In this document: positions 40,561 through 50,170 of the stretch, one piece after another
How the letters are laid out: each line of letters opens with the position of its first letter
How positions within the stretch are numbered: position 1 is the stretch's first letter
Origin: a virus
Length of the DNA stretch: 64,000 nt
Direction: 5' to 3' (one strand)
IMG/VR virus record: IMGVR_UViG_3300045988_095964
The notes under the pieces: generated by a model
What the model saw: the letters and a program-made list of their open reading frames with translations, nothing else
Databases searched by the model: none
What the model was told of the DNA's origin: nothing
Made by a program: the position numbers and the translations under genes

Positions 40561-40719
40561 ATGAAAGACGGAAACGGTAAAGCAAAAATCTGCCCCAAAA
40601 CGGGGCAACCCGAAATGGTAAAGTGGGGAATCGGTGACGGTACGCCGCCATTGACTACGGACCCGGAAAATCCCATCAAGCCGTTCGCCACGTATGTCGA
40701 GGAAGATGACCGGCGATGA
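40561..40719 (+). CDS. small hypothetical protein (52 aa, below ORF-track cutoff)
   Basis: ATG 2 nt after the upstream stop, and an ATGA overlap with the next gene. Translated by hand: MKDGNGKAKICPKTGQPEMVKWG... Confidence 0.4.
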   Translation: MKDGNGKAKICPKTGQPEMVKWGIGDGTPPLTTDPENPIKPFATYVEEDDRR

Positions 40720-41210
40720 AGATTCCTGCGTTCCCTGCTGTTAGGCTGGCTTCTATGGTTCCTCGAAATATGCGGAAAGTTCCCAAGTCATATTTGAAGA
40801 ATCCGAAGTTCAAAAAGCCGAAAGTCTCCGCATTCAAAAAGGATATGGAGAATCTCGGTGCTGAAATTGCAGAGGAGTTTAAGGAAACGGTCATTCGCAA
40901 CATCAAGACAAACGCCTATGGGTTTCATCTGTCAGAGTCCACTTTAAGACAGAAGTCGGGGGAAACCCCGCTTATTGACAGTGGCGTGATGCTGGATGCC
41001 ATCTATCGGGAGGGTACTTTTGTTTCGGTGGAAGACACTCCGCGCACGGATAGTCCTCTTACCAATTTGGAGCTCGCCAAAGTACACGAATACGGTACAA
41101 AGGATAAACATATTCCTGCGCGTCCAGTATGGCGAAACACTTTCCGGGACTACAAACCAAAGGCCAAAAAACGAATTCAGAAATTCTTTAAGACGAACGG
41201 TAATGGGTAA
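40716..41210 (+). CDS. HK97-gp10-like head-tail joining protein
   Basis: LELAKVHEYGTKDKHIPARPVWR resembles the gp10-family EfGT...paRPf motif. Confidence 0.5.
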   Translation: MKIPAFPAVRLASMVPRNMRKVPKSYLKNPKFKKPKVSAFKKDMENLGAEIAEEFKETVIRNIKTNAYGFHLSESTLRQKSGETPLIDSGVMLDAIYREGTFVSVEDTPRTDSPLTNLELAKVHEYGTKDKHIPARPVWRNTFRDYKPKAKKRIQKFFKTNGNG

Positions 41211-41712
41211 CGTATCGGTCAAGTCCTACAAACGCAGGAGCACGAAGGGTAAAGTTTATACCGTTCGTGCGTATTCACGTGGTGGGGGTAAGAAACCAAA
41301 CATGGGAAATATGGAGATCAGTCGCGGTGCTGAAAAAGTTTCCGACGCCGAGATTCAGAAGTACTACGACAAACAACAAGAAGAAATGAAGGAGTTTGTC
41401 CGAAAACTTCAAGGGGTTGCCAAAGAGTACGGTGTCAAAGGTGGTACTGAGGCTCTCCTGCAAACTCCTGCCGCCCGTAAGAATCCCATTGCCGCGGCTA
41501 AACAGTCTGCACGCATAGAGACTGACCGGATTATGAAAGAGGTCAATCCTACGCTTCATACGGAGGCTCCTGCCCGACGTGCACCGCGTGGCGGTCTGTT
41601 ATCCCGGTTGAAATCCATGTACACGGAGGAACTCGCTAAGGCGTCCAAGAAATATGGAACTTACGACGAGTTTTTTGGTGCTCGCAAGTCTCTCAAAAAG
41701 AAACGAAAGTGA
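41203..41712 (+). CDS. Basic protein with N-terminal VSVKSYKRRSTKGKVYTVRAY motif
   Basis: ATG at 41203 inside track ORF 40996-41712, overlapping the upstream stop. Confidence 0.55.
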   Translation: MGNVSVKSYKRRSTKGKVYTVRAYSRGGGKKPNMGNMEISRGAEKVSDAEIQKYYDKQQEEMKEFVRKLQGVAKEYGVKGGTEALLQTPAARKNPIAAAKQSARIETDRIMKEVNPTLHTEAPARRAPRGGLLSRLKSMYTEELAKASKKYGTYDEFFGARKSLKKKRK

Positions 41713-42014
41713 TGGAAACTCTTTTGGCAAAACTGCTCGACATTTTCTCGGTGGGGTACATGTTCTGCGTTATCGCGGCATCTTACTTTACTATCAAAGT
41801 AGTGGATCATCTGAATGGTCCCCGGAAGGTTCCTACGTGGGTGAAACGTGCTGTAACGTTCATCTGCGGAGCTTTGTTTTTTTGGGTATTCCGTGAGTTT
41901 ACGGAGGAAACGTTCGAGAGCCTTATCACATCGTTTTTCGCGGCGTTGTTCGTGTATGACGGTGCTATAAAGTGGATTCTGAAAAAACTGAACGCCGATT
42001 ACAAGAAATGCTGA
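41709..42014 (+). CDS. Three-TM membrane protein (holin candidate)
   Basis: 101 aa, with hydrophobic segments VGYMFCVIAASYFTI, AVTFICGALFFWVF and LITSFFAALFVY. Confidence 0.4.
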   Translation: MMETLLAKLLDIFSVGYMFCVIAASYFTIKVVDHLNGPRKVPTWVKRAVTFICGALFFWVFREFTEETFESLITSFFAALFVYDGAIKWILKKLNADYKKC

Positions 42015-42610
42015 CCTCGATCTCTCAGGTAAACGAGGAGTTCTTCAAACTGTTCTCCGGAATCAAAATCAAAGACCACACAACTGGCTCTGAGATTTCT
42101 GTCCGGTCCCGGTTTGCCCGCAAGTCTGCGCAAGACTACGTTGAGGAACAGGAGAACCAAGTATACCCATGTATCGCCATTCAAGACTACCAACCCACAC
42201 TTGCTGAGGATTGGTGGATTGATTTCAAGGAGTACGCCGGAGGATTGTCTACTGACAACCTTACTGCATACTTGTACAGGCGTCCTATTTGGATGGATTT
42301 TCGGTATGACGTAAGCATTGCTACGAAAGATTACTTTCAGAGCCAGTCATTGAAGAATCTGTTTCTGTCTCGGTTTATTGCTCAGCCAAAATTTATCTTT
42401 AACAAGACGGTTATTGACGGTGACGAGGTGGGTGATGTGGTTCCTTACACGATTCGGACCACGGATGTCCCCCGTACTGACGGAGTACTGGAGGTCAACT
42501 ACGAATTTACTCTGCGTGCTTGGCTTTACGTGGTAGAACCTCGTGAGGTCGATGTAGTACAACAGATTGTCACCGATCTTATCCAAGTGGATGTCGAACC
42601 TATCGGTTAA
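42008..42610 (+). CDS. hypothetical virion-module protein
   Basis: ATG at 42008 inside track ORF 41972-42610. Confidence 0.55.
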   Translation: MLTSISQVNEEFFKLFSGIKIKDHTTGSEISVRSRFARKSAQDYVEEQENQVYPCIAIQDYQPTLAEDWWIDFKEYAGGLSTDNLTAYLYRRPIWMDFRYDVSIATKDYFQSQSLKNLFLSRFIAQPKFIFNKTVIDGDEVGDVVPYTIRTTDVPRTDGVLEVNYEFTLRAWLYVVEPREVDVVQQIVTDLIQVDVEPIG

Positions 42611-42624
42611 ATTTGACTGGGTGA

Positions 42625-42657
42625 TTTGGTGATACGAGAATATTTTTATTATCTTTG
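42625..42657 (+). promoter_or_regulatory. Promoter TTTG-N21-TAtcTTTG
   Basis: TTTG at 42625-28 and TAtcTTTG at 42650-57, ahead of the lysis cassette. Confidence 0.45.
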
Positions 42658-42673
42658 AGAAAAATTAAGTGCT

Positions 42674-42847
42674 ATGGCTAAGACTATGGAGGAAAACATT
42701 GTAAAGACCAAAACACTGCGTAACGCCAGTGGCTACCGTATGGAACTTTACCTCAACGGAAAGTTGGTGGTACTGCTTCCCGGTAAAAGCGTTAAAGTCT
42801 CTGCTGAGACTGAGGTTCCCGTGATGAAAGGTCTTATCGTGAAGTAA
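42674..42847 (+). CDS. small hypothetical protein (57 aa, below ORF-track cutoff)
   Basis: Hand translation MAKTMEENIVKTKTLRNASGYRMELYLNGK...IVK*, with a TAATG overlap to the next gene. Confidence 0.45.
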   Translation: MAKTMEENIVKTKTLRNASGYRMELYLNGKLVVLLPGKSVKVSAETEVPVMKGLIVK

Positions 42848-43209
42848 TGACCTCGGAGAAGCTGAAACTCATTTGCAACCGTTCCGACCCGCAGGACAAC
42901 AAGTTGCTACTGCTCGCCGAATTATTCGACGAGCGTTGCGAGTTATTGGAGCAAAATCAGGAGCGGATGAACAACAGCTTAACTGAGACCAACACCAAAC
43001 TCGACGAGATACTGGAAAAAATGCGTGCTCTTACGGTCGCCGAGGAAAGTTGCCCGGTCCGTAGAAGCAAAGACTCTTTCAATCTGCTTGTGTTCTTTTT
43101 GGAACATCCGCGGATTACACTCGTGACGATTCTCGGAGCATCGTTTATCCTCTCCGGCTTAGTCAGTCACGATTTTTGGGCTACATTACGAGGATTATTC
43201 GGAGTATGA
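42847..43209 (+). CDS. Coiled-coil protein with C-terminal TM (lysis-associated?)
   Basis: 120 aa with TM segment ITLVTILGASFILSGLV. Directly upstream of the amidase. Confidence 0.45.
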   Translation: MTSEKLKLICNRSDPQDNKLLLLAELFDERCELLEQNQERMNNSLTETNTKLDEILEKMRALTVAEESCPVRRSKDSFNLLVFFLEHPRITLVTILGASFILSGLVSHDFWATLRGLFGV

Positions 43210-43811
43210 AAAGTATCTGCATAGTACTGGACCCTGCCCACGGTAAAGAGGTTGCAGGTAAAAGTTCTCCCGACAAGACGCATCGGGAGTACCTTTGGAG
43301 CCGTGAACGTTGCCGGAATATCGCAATTAAACTGCGTGCCATCGGTTACGAGGTGTATTTCACCAACACCACGGACTATGAGATCGGTCTTTCCAAACGT
43401 CAGAGAAATGCGCTGAACGTCAAGACCGACAAAAAGAAACTGCTTCTTTCACTGCACAATGATGCAGTAGGTACTGGTACATCGTGGAACAACGCCCGCG
43501 GTTACTCGGTATGGACTACGAAAGGAGTAACCAAGTCGGATGAATGCGCTGACATTATCATCGACCAGCTTCGGGAAGACTTCCCGGACATTAAGTTCAG
43601 ACAATACTCGCCGAAAAAGTTGGACCGCGACTTCGAGGCGAATTTTACCGTTCTTATGGGGAGCGGTTATATGGCGGTATTAATTGAGTGGCTGTTTCAA
43701 GACAACAAAGAGGATGTAGTTGAATTGCAGGACGACCAAATCAATCGGGCGTATGAAGATTCAATAGTAAAAGCAATCGAGAAAATAAACGACCATTTCG
43801 ACAATGACTAA
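43206..43811 (+). CDS. N-acetylmuramoyl-L-alanine amidase (endolysin)
   Basis: ICIVLDPAHGKEVAGKSSP ... LLSLHNDA ... AVLIEWLFQDN fits an Amidase_3-type pattern. ATG at 43206. Confidence 0.7.
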   Translation: MKSICIVLDPAHGKEVAGKSSPDKTHREYLWSRERCRNIAIKLRAIGYEVYFTNTTDYEIGLSKRQRNALNVKTDKKKLLLSLHNDAVGTGTSWNNARGYSVWTTKGVTKSDECADIIIDQLREDFPDIKFRQYSPKKLDRDFEANFTVLMGSGYMAVLIEWLFQDNKEDVVELQDDQINRAYEDSIVKAIEKINDHFDND

Positions 43812-44223
43812 TTATAAGAAAATAGTGGTGTTCCTTTTTCTCGGAATCGTTCTCGCTCTCTCAGCCCTTTGTGTCTATTACGCACAAAGGTGTTCCTATT
43901 TGGAGGCTACTCACGACGCTCAAAAGTACAAAGACAGAATCACTGAATTGCAGGATTCTATCAATAAGCTGGTGGTCGTTGTGGATAATGCCAAACAGGT
44001 TGCTCAGTCATTGGAGCGCGATAAGGACGAATTACGTAAGCAGGTACAACAAATACTCAGCGATTATGACAAAGGTAATTCTGCTATTTTGGATGGTGGC
44101 ATTGACGATAACATCCGCATCCTCTCAGAATTTCTATCCGAGGAAATTGATACTGAACCAAACGGACACGGTTATCGTGATAACCCCGGTACAGCTTCAA
44201 AAAATAAATCTCGGCCTGAATAA
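43804..44223 (+). CDS. N-terminally anchored coiled-coil protein (spanin-like)
   Basis: 139 aa with TM segment IVVFLFLGIVLALSALCVYY followed by coiled coil. Confidence 0.45.
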   Translation: MTNYKKIVVFLFLGIVLALSALCVYYAQRCSYLEATHDAQKYKDRITELQDSINKLVVVVDNAKQVAQSLERDKDELRKQVQQILSDYDKGNSAILDGGIDDNIRILSEFLSEEIDTEPNGHGYRDNPGTASKNKSRPE

Positions 44224-44224
44224 G

Positions 44225-44485
44225 ATGCGTAGCTATGAGAAAATCAATCTCAACTACGCAAAACAGTTACTTATAGCGGATTCGCTGAACAAGGTTCTTT
44301 ACAACACTGTTGAGGCGCAGGAATCGGTCATTAAACTTAAAAGTGACCAGTTCGAGGCTTCACAGGACGCGATAAACGCGCTGGAGGAATCCATGCGTGA
44401 ACAACAAAAACGAAACAGACGGACACTGTGGGGTGTCGGTGCGGGGTGTACCGCAATCGGTATTTTACTGGGTCTGATTTTATAG
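44225..44485 (+). CDS. Coiled-coil protein with C-terminal TM (lysis-associated?)
   Basis: ATG at 44225 inside track ORF 43871-44485, with C-terminal WGVGAGCTAIGILLGLIL. Confidence 0.4.
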   Translation: MRSYEKINLNYAKQLLIADSLNKVLYNTVEAQESVIKLKSDQFEASQDAINALEESMREQQKRNRRTLWGVGAGCTAIGILLGLIL

Positions 44486-44514
44486 GGAGCGATTAACTTT
44501 TAATTTCAATAACA

Positions 44515-46215
44515 ATGGCAGATGTAGGTACTTCCGTAAAAGAGGGTGTCGCCAACGGCGGTTCCCCCTTTCAGGACCCCGCAAAAAGAAACATTGGTCT
44601 GCTCGGTATGTTTACCCGTGGCGCGTTACTGACGCCTATCCGGGTAGTCAATATGGAGGAGTTCAATGAGACTTTCGGAGGTCAAAATTCGAACTACTAT
44701 GGCCCGGCGGTAGTTAAGAATCTGTTTGACGAAGCCGGGGAAGCTCCCGCTACCTTGTACATTGCCCGCGTTGCCGCGAGTGATGCCAAAGCCGCCAAGG
44801 GGACTATCAACTCCACGGGTGAACACAAACCGGCTTTCGAACTCAACGCGACCGCCGCGTACAGAGGTGTTGAAGACCCCGGTTCGTGGGCTAACAACAA
44901 GGTAAAAGTAACCGTTTACCCGTACTCGGTTTCCGTCGAGGGTAACTACGTGGTTACTGTGGAATACGACGGCACCGTTGAGACGTATACTGCGCCGACG
45001 CTCGCCGAGATTCAAAAACAAATTCTCCAAGTCAGCAAGTTCGCCGTTATCGACGTTGTCTCTGAACCTACGGGTAACGCCCGCTATGGTCTGAAAGCGA
45101 TCGGTACGTTTACCGCAGATCAGGGTGCTACGACGCTGACGGGTAGTGCCGCACCTACGGGTGTCGCCGCTGGCGATACGCTGTATTCGGAGGCATACGA
45201 AAAGATCGGCGTCGTGAAATCCATCGAGGGTAACAATATCGCGCTGGAAGGTTTCGCACTGGTCGCCGTTACGGGACAGGTCAGCAAACTCGACACCACG
45301 GCTCCGTCCGCTACGCTGAGCGCCGGTTCCAACGGTGGGGAGGTAACCGAGGAGTACTTCGGTAATCAGTTCTCCTGCTTCGACGGTGTGGACGTTCAGA
45401 TCATTGCGCATACGGAGTTCCACTCGCTCAACGTCGAGAAGAAACTCAACGCATATCTCAACGATCAGAAAAGTCCCGTCGGCGTTATCACGTTCCCGAA
45501 CACGTTCTCGGAAGCACTCGCCGAGCTTTACTGCTCCGCACTGAAATCGAACGACAAGAGTTTCATGGCCGGTGCATACGCCGGCTGGGTAACGGTTCTG
45601 GACGCCGACGGTAACCGTATCGAGATTCCGAATATCGGAGCTATTCTCGGTGCAGGTTATCTGCGCACGCCGTATGTGAACGGCGACGGCATTCATATCC
45701 CGCCCGGCGGCATTGATTCGCTGTTTACGACGGTTCTGGACTGCTCGGTCAAGAATCTCACCCAGCCGCAGATCAACCGGCTGGTACAGCAGTTCTATTG
45801 CAACGTTCTGCAATACGTCGATGGTACGGGCTTCTACATCGGTAGCTCCCGCGCGTACTCGTCGAACAAGCTGTACCAAAGCATCCATGTCCGGTTACAG
45901 ACTTCGTACTACGTGCGCCTGCTTCGGGTACGGATGCGGTTCGCCGAACAGAAACCCAATACGCCCGATCTCAAACGGGAAATCCTCATCGAGTGTCGGC
46001 GTATCTTCAAGCCCGAATACGAGGTCGGTGCTCTGGAAAACAGTGTGTCGTTCGAAAAGGCTTATCAGGCCATCTGCGACAAGAGTAATAACCCTGCGTC
46101 GCAAGATCGTAAGATTGTCAACGTAACTATCATGTGGATTCCTACCGAGTGCACGGAAAGTATCGTTGTCAGCCTGCAACGTAACGACGGAATTTTAATT
46201 TTAGAGGAGGAGTAA
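44515..46215 (+). CDS. Contractile tail sheath protein
   Basis: 566 aa, directly upstream of a tube-like gene. The N-terminus IGLLGMFTRGALLTPIRVVNMEEFNETFGG resembles sheath N-termini. Confidence 0.7.
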   Translation: MADVGTSVKEGVANGGSPFQDPAKRNIGLLGMFTRGALLTPIRVVNMEEFNETFGGQNSNYYGPAVVKNLFDEAGEAPATLYIARVAASDAKAAKGTINSTGEHKPAFELNATAAYRGVEDPGSWANNKVKVTVYPYSVSVEGNYVVTVEYDGTVETYTAPTLAEIQKQILQVSKFAVIDVVSEPTGNARYGLKAIGTFTADQGATTLTGSAAPTGVAAGDTLYSEAYEKIGVVKSIEGNNIALEGFALVAVTGQVSKLDTTAPSATLSAGSNGGEVTEEYFGNQFSCFDGVDVQIIAHTEFHSLNVEKKLNAYLNDQKSPVGVITFPNTFSEALAELYCSALKSNDKSFMAGAYAGWVTVLDADGNRIEIPNIGAILGAGYLRTPYVNGDGIHIPPGGIDSLFTTVLDCSVKNLTQPQINRLVQQFYCNVLQYVDGTGFYIGSSRAYSSNKLYQSIHVRLQTSYYVRLLRVRMRFAEQKPNTPDLKREILIECRRIFKPEYEVGALENSVSFEKAYQAICDKSNNPASQDRKIVNVTIMWIPTECTESIVVSLQRNDGILILEEE

Positions 46216-46218
46216 AAC

Positions 46219-46680
46219 ATGGCAAGAATGCAAAAACCCCAAGATGCCCTCGTTGTTAACGGGTGGTATCTCAACCTGCCAGTACCGGGAATTCTCTCGG
46301 AGGGTCTTTTCGAGACGCTGGAGGGCATGGGAAAATCGTCCGGTAACGTCGAGATGGTCGATGCCGGAAGTAACCATGTCTACAACTTCACGGACCAGTT
46401 GACCCGTTACGACGAGATGACCCTAACGAGAACGTATCAGGGTAACGCCACTGACCGTGCTATGGAGGCGCTCGTCAGTACGATGATCGAAACCGGGCTT
46501 AAACTCCCGGCTACCGCTGTGAAGATGCACCACGGCCAAGAGGTGTTCGCCATCGTATTCGAGGGATTCCGTTTCACGGCAGTAAAAATGCCTACGCTGG
46601 ACGTCGCTGGTTCGGACAAGTTCACCGTCTCCTACACGGCGATGTGTGACGGTTGGGAGATTGTTCCCGTCGGCGCGTAA
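46219..46680 (+). CDS. Tail tube protein
   Basis: 153 aa, called from its position after the sheath. NGWYLNLP...FETLEGMG...MTLTRTY is gp19/tube-like. Confidence 0.65.
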   Translation: MARMQKPQDALVVNGWYLNLPVPGILSEGLFETLEGMGKSSGNVEMVDAGSNHVYNFTDQLTRYDEMTLTRTYQGNATDRAMEALVSTMIETGLKLPATAVKMHHGQEVFAIVFEGFRFTAVKMPTLDVAGSDKFTVSYTAMCDGWEIVPVGA

Positions 46681-46692
46681 TTCTCTCTCGTT

Positions 46693-47037
46693 ATGAAAAT
46701 GGAAAAACAAGTAAAAGCACACACTCGCCGGACAAAGTCCGGTAAGAGTGTTGTGGTTAAGGCCCACTCTGCTAAATACGATTCTGGAGGTGGCCTCGCC
46801 AAGAAAAACATTACCTCTAAGAGAGGCTCTGGAAAAGAGTTGATGTCTAAGGCTATCTCTATGGCTTCTTTAGAACGTAAGGCTCAAAAAGCCGAACGTG
46901 ACTACTATGCCGGCAAGATAGATTCCAACACTTACGATAAGATACAGAAATCCGTAGATTCCGCTATCGGGTACCTGAGAAGTACCCCCAAAAAGACTTC
47001 TCGGAGTACTGTTAAAAAAGGTGCTGGTCGTAGGTAA
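46693..47037 (+). CDS. Basic protein with N-terminal KQVKAHTRRTKSGKSVVVKAHSAKYD motif
   Basis: 114 aa. The N-terminal 30 aa are near-identical to those of the product of 30889-31977. Confidence 0.6.
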   Translation: MKMEKQVKAHTRRTKSGKSVVVKAHSAKYDSGGGLAKKNITSKRGSGKELMSKAISMASLERKAQKAERDYYAGKIDSNTYDKIQKSVDSAIGYLRSTPKKTSRSTVKKGAGRR

Positions 47038-47063
47038 ATATTTACTTAACACTATATAGAATT

Positions 47064-47948
47064 ATGGACAGTTTAATTTTTGACTTACCCATCGGTTTAC
47101 AGACCGCATCGGGTGACGCTATCAAAACCGTAGAATTACTCCGTACCAATGGTGTAGCAGAGAAAGTTTTCGTAACCAAACTCTCGGAACGTCCCTACAC
47201 GTGGCAGGGTAACGTTCTGTCGGTAGGTATCAAAAGTATCGGCGATATTGAAATCGGTGCGGAGGTGCGCCGCCAGTATCTCAAAGATAATGCGGTCACC
47301 ATCCCCACTGAGATCAAGAATCTTACGTTGGCGGATGTGAATACACTCCTGCTGGAGATTCACCGGCGTCTGTGGCAGAATTTCATTCCGCGTCAGGAAG
47401 TCGTCTGCAAGTATTGCGGCAAGCGGTTACGTGCGGACATCGACCTCGACCGTATCGACTTCTTCGAGGAGACCAAGGAGGCTATGGAGGAGTTACCCGA
47501 CTACACCAAGATCGTGGTCGATCTCTCTGACGGTTTCACGCCGCCCGCACTCGGTAAAGTCACCGAAAAACCGGAATATGCGTCGATTCTGTTAACGAAT
47601 TACAACCGCATGACGTTCCGCCCGCCCTTACTGCGTGACGCCATCAAAAACGAGCGATTCTTTACGGATTCGGTCGGTTTCTGGCGGCGTATCGCCAAGG
47701 ACTGCTTGGTGCAGATTGATTCGGTGGTTGACGGTAAGGTCGTCGATACGCTTCCCGTGGAGTTCCACACGTTCTACGGCATGAAACTCTACGACGAATA
47801 TCTGTGCGGACGGGACCTCAAAAAGATTCGTTCCGCCCTTACGGAATACCTGCCTACCCTCCCGTTCGCATACTATGACAGATGCGGATGTGACGAGCAA
47901 AGAGAGATACCTTACGCAATGGAGGCATCCTCTTTTTTCTCGGAATGA
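47064..47948 (+). CDS. hypothetical tail-module protein (chaperone position)
   Basis: 294 aa, between tube and tape measure, with CKYCGKRL and CGCDEQ Cys pairs. Confidence 0.5.
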   Translation: MDSLIFDLPIGLQTASGDAIKTVELLRTNGVAEKVFVTKLSERPYTWQGNVLSVGIKSIGDIEIGAEVRRQYLKDNAVTIPTEIKNLTLADVNTLLLEIHRRLWQNFIPRQEVVCKYCGKRLRADIDLDRIDFFEETKEAMEELPDYTKIVVDLSDGFTPPALGKVTEKPEYASILLTNYNRMTFRPPLLRDAIKNERFFTDSVGFWRRIAKDCLVQIDSVVDGKVVDTLPVEFHTFYGMKLYDEYLCGRDLKKIRSALTEYLPTLPFAYYDRCGCDEQREIPYAMEASSFFSE

Positions 47949-48223
47949 CGTTAAATACCGGGGAATTTAAGGCGATAATCAGAGAGTACCCGATGTTTAG
48001 TCTTTGGGCTATTCGGAACGGTACTCTCTTTCTTCCTAAAATCCCCGATGAAGATACCGATGACGAGGGGTATGATTTAGCGTCACAAATTTACATAATG
48101 ATGAAACGGCTTCGGCAACCATATTCCGAGTTACTTCTCATGGATTCGGAGGAACGCGAATGGTACTTTAACATGGAGTTGAAGCTGATTAACAAGGAGA
48201 GCGAGGAAAGTAAAAATGGCTAA
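47945..48223 (+). CDS. hypothetical tail-module protein (chaperone position)
   Basis: 92 aa with ATGA overlaps on both sides. Confidence 0.5.
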   Translation: MTLNTGEFKAIIREYPMFSLWAIRNGTLFLPKIPDEDTDDEGYDLASQIYIMMKRLRQPYSELLLMDSEEREWYFNMELKLINKESEESKNG

Positions 48224-50168
48224 GTTACGAGGGGGAGACCCGCAATTCACATACGACTTCGGTTTGGCTGTTTCCACGCAGACGATTTCCCGGCTAACCC
48301 GGTTGACGGGAGCCACGTTATCGCTTGCTGGGGCTTACTATGCGTTGCAAAAGACTTCCTCCGAGTACATGGACACACTCAGGTCCAATTCGCTTCGATT
48401 CGGTGGTTATTTGAATACGATGCGGGCCATTTCTGAGGCACAAGATCGCATTATCAAAGGTGCTACTCGCTACTCGGTTAAGGACCAACTTAAAGGACTT
48501 AACGACCTTATGGCTGTCGGTCTGGACGCCCGTAAGGAATTCGACCTCGTTAACAAAAGTGCTCACGCTCTTGGCGTTGAGTTCAGCGATTTCGCTGGTG
48601 CTATTTCGAATGGTATTCGCGGGAATATGTCTGCGCTTGTACAAATGGGTCTCCTTACGGAACGATCTGTTCGGTACTTCGAGAAATATCCGGCGAATAC
48701 CATAATGCGCCAACAGGCCATCCTTAAATTCGTCAAAGAGCATAAGGGTCTGCAAAGTCTTATCAAAAACGACTTCAAGACTATCGCCGACGAAACCAGC
48801 CGTATAAGTACGATCTGGAAGGTATTCCTAAAATCCATCGTAGGTGATCCCCGTAATCCGGACAGTCTGTATGGTAGTGTAGTTAGGGCATTCGGTGGTA
48901 TCGCCGACGGCCTTAAAGGGTACATGGAGTACATCAAACGCGCCGGATATATGATCGGGCGTGTATTAGGATGGGTTGTACGCCAAGTAGGTAAGTTTGT
49001 TCAATGGCTTGGACGAACTACTGCACATGCTTTTAGAGGGGTAAAGGATGTTCTCGATAACTATAAGGATGCCACTGCTTCTATTATCGTATGGCTCGAA
49101 TTTTGGAAGCAACGCATCGTGAAATTCTTCCGTGAGTATCAGGAACCTATCAAGACAACTCTGAAACTCCTTATCGCGTATAAAGCGCTCAAAGCCGTAT
49201 TTGTCATCTCTAAGAAAGCTATTGCTTCTGCATGGGCATACAGTACAGCTCTTTCGGGAGGTTTACGTGCTCCTTTTATCCGAGGTAAATGGCGTACTGG
49301 TCGAATGATCGTGAACCGTCGCCAACAAGGTAGTCTTGTAAAACAGGGTATCGGTAGAGGTTCTTGGGGTCGTCGCTGGATGTATCTCAAGAATATGTTT
49401 ATGACCCCCTCATCGCAAACTAAGCTATCCGCATTAGGGGGAACTCTCACTCGATTTGGAAAATACGCCAAAGGGATTACAGGTCCCATCATCGCACTTA
49501 CAGGAGCACTTAAACTGCTGAGTATTGGTTTCGAATCGGCTGGTAAGGGAGGTATTCTCAAAGAGTTCCTAAAAGCTCCGTGGACCCTTATCAAAGATAC
49601 TTTCCTACTCATTAAGAACATTTTGTTCTCCGCAGTGAACATTGTGGGCACTCTTATAAAGGGTTTCATGTACTTCTGGAATGCTTCTTTGGATTCATTC
49701 GCTTCTTTTGTGCGTAAGCATCCCAAGATTGCTTCTTTCTTCGGATTTACCGCCGATAATATCGAGGGTAGTATGCTGAAACCTTTACGGTTTTTTGACA
49801 ACTTCCTCAAAGATTGGAATGAGGCTAACAAGGCTTGGTGGGACTGGAACTCTGATTTCAATTATACCCCAAGAGCTGAACAGGAAGCCAAGTACGAGCG
49901 TGAAAAATCCGAGTACTTCGGGAAGAAACAATCTGAGTGGGAAAATCGACGTGGGGTTCCAAACCTTGTGCAACTCCCAGTAGGTCCTCGTCCCGGAGAG
50001 GGAACGTATCTCACTATTAAAGAGGGCGCTGTGACGATTAATGTGGTCGGTAAGGAAGGTAGAGATGAAATGCTTGCCGAAGACATGGCTCAAACAATTA
50101 AGGGAATGCTCTCTGATTGGTACTACGAAATGGTGGATAAAGAGAAAGCAAGACGAGGTAAAGACTGA
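48216..50168 (+). CDS. Tape measure protein
   Basis: 650 aa, helical and Gly/Lys-rich with hydrophobic stretches, in the canonical position after the tube and chaperones. Confidence 0.7.
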   Translation: MAKLRGGDPQFTYDFGLAVSTQTISRLTRLTGATLSLAGAYYALQKTSSEYMDTLRSNSLRFGGYLNTMRAISEAQDRIIKGATRYSVKDQLKGLNDLMAVGLDARKEFDLVNKSAHALGVEFSDFAGAISNGIRGNMSALVQMGLLTERSVRYFEKYPANTIMRQQAILKFVKEHKGLQSLIKNDFKTIADETSRISTIWKVFLKSIVGDPRNPDSLYGSVVRAFGGIADGLKGYMEYIKRAGYMIGRVLGWVVRQVGKFVQWLGRTTAHAFRGVKDVLDNYKDATASIIVWLEFWKQRIVKFFREYQEPIKTTLKLLIAYKALKAVFVISKKAIASAWAYSTALSGGLRAPFIRGKWRTGRMIVNRRQQGSLVKQGIGRGSWGRRWMYLKNMFMTPSSQTKLSALGGTLTRFGKYAKGITGPIIALTGALKLLSIGFESAGKGGILKEFLKAPWTLIKDTFLLIKNILFSAVNIVGTLIKGFMYFWNASLDSFASFVRKHPKIASFFGFTADNIEGSMLKPLRFFDNFLKDWNEANKAWWDWNSDFNYTPRAEQEAKYEREKSEYFGKKQSEWENRRGVPNLVQLPVGPRPGEGTYLTIKEGAVTINVVGKEGRDEMLAEDMAQTIKGMLSDWYYEMVDKEKARRGKD

Positions 50169-50170
50169 TT

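Noticed and set aside
44626-45888. A 420-aa minus-strand ORF inside the sheath gene.
   Set aside because: It is antisense to a 566-aa gene with sheath-like termini and canonical synteny. Its sequence is Arg/Gly/Val-rich and low-complexity, typical of antisense shadow frames.
47064-48223. A programmed -1 frameshift between the two ORFs upstream of the tape measure gene (gpG/GT or gpE/E' style).
   Set aside because: The two ORFs are joined by an ordinary ATGA stop-start overlap. I saw no slippery heptamer with an extended overlapping frame.
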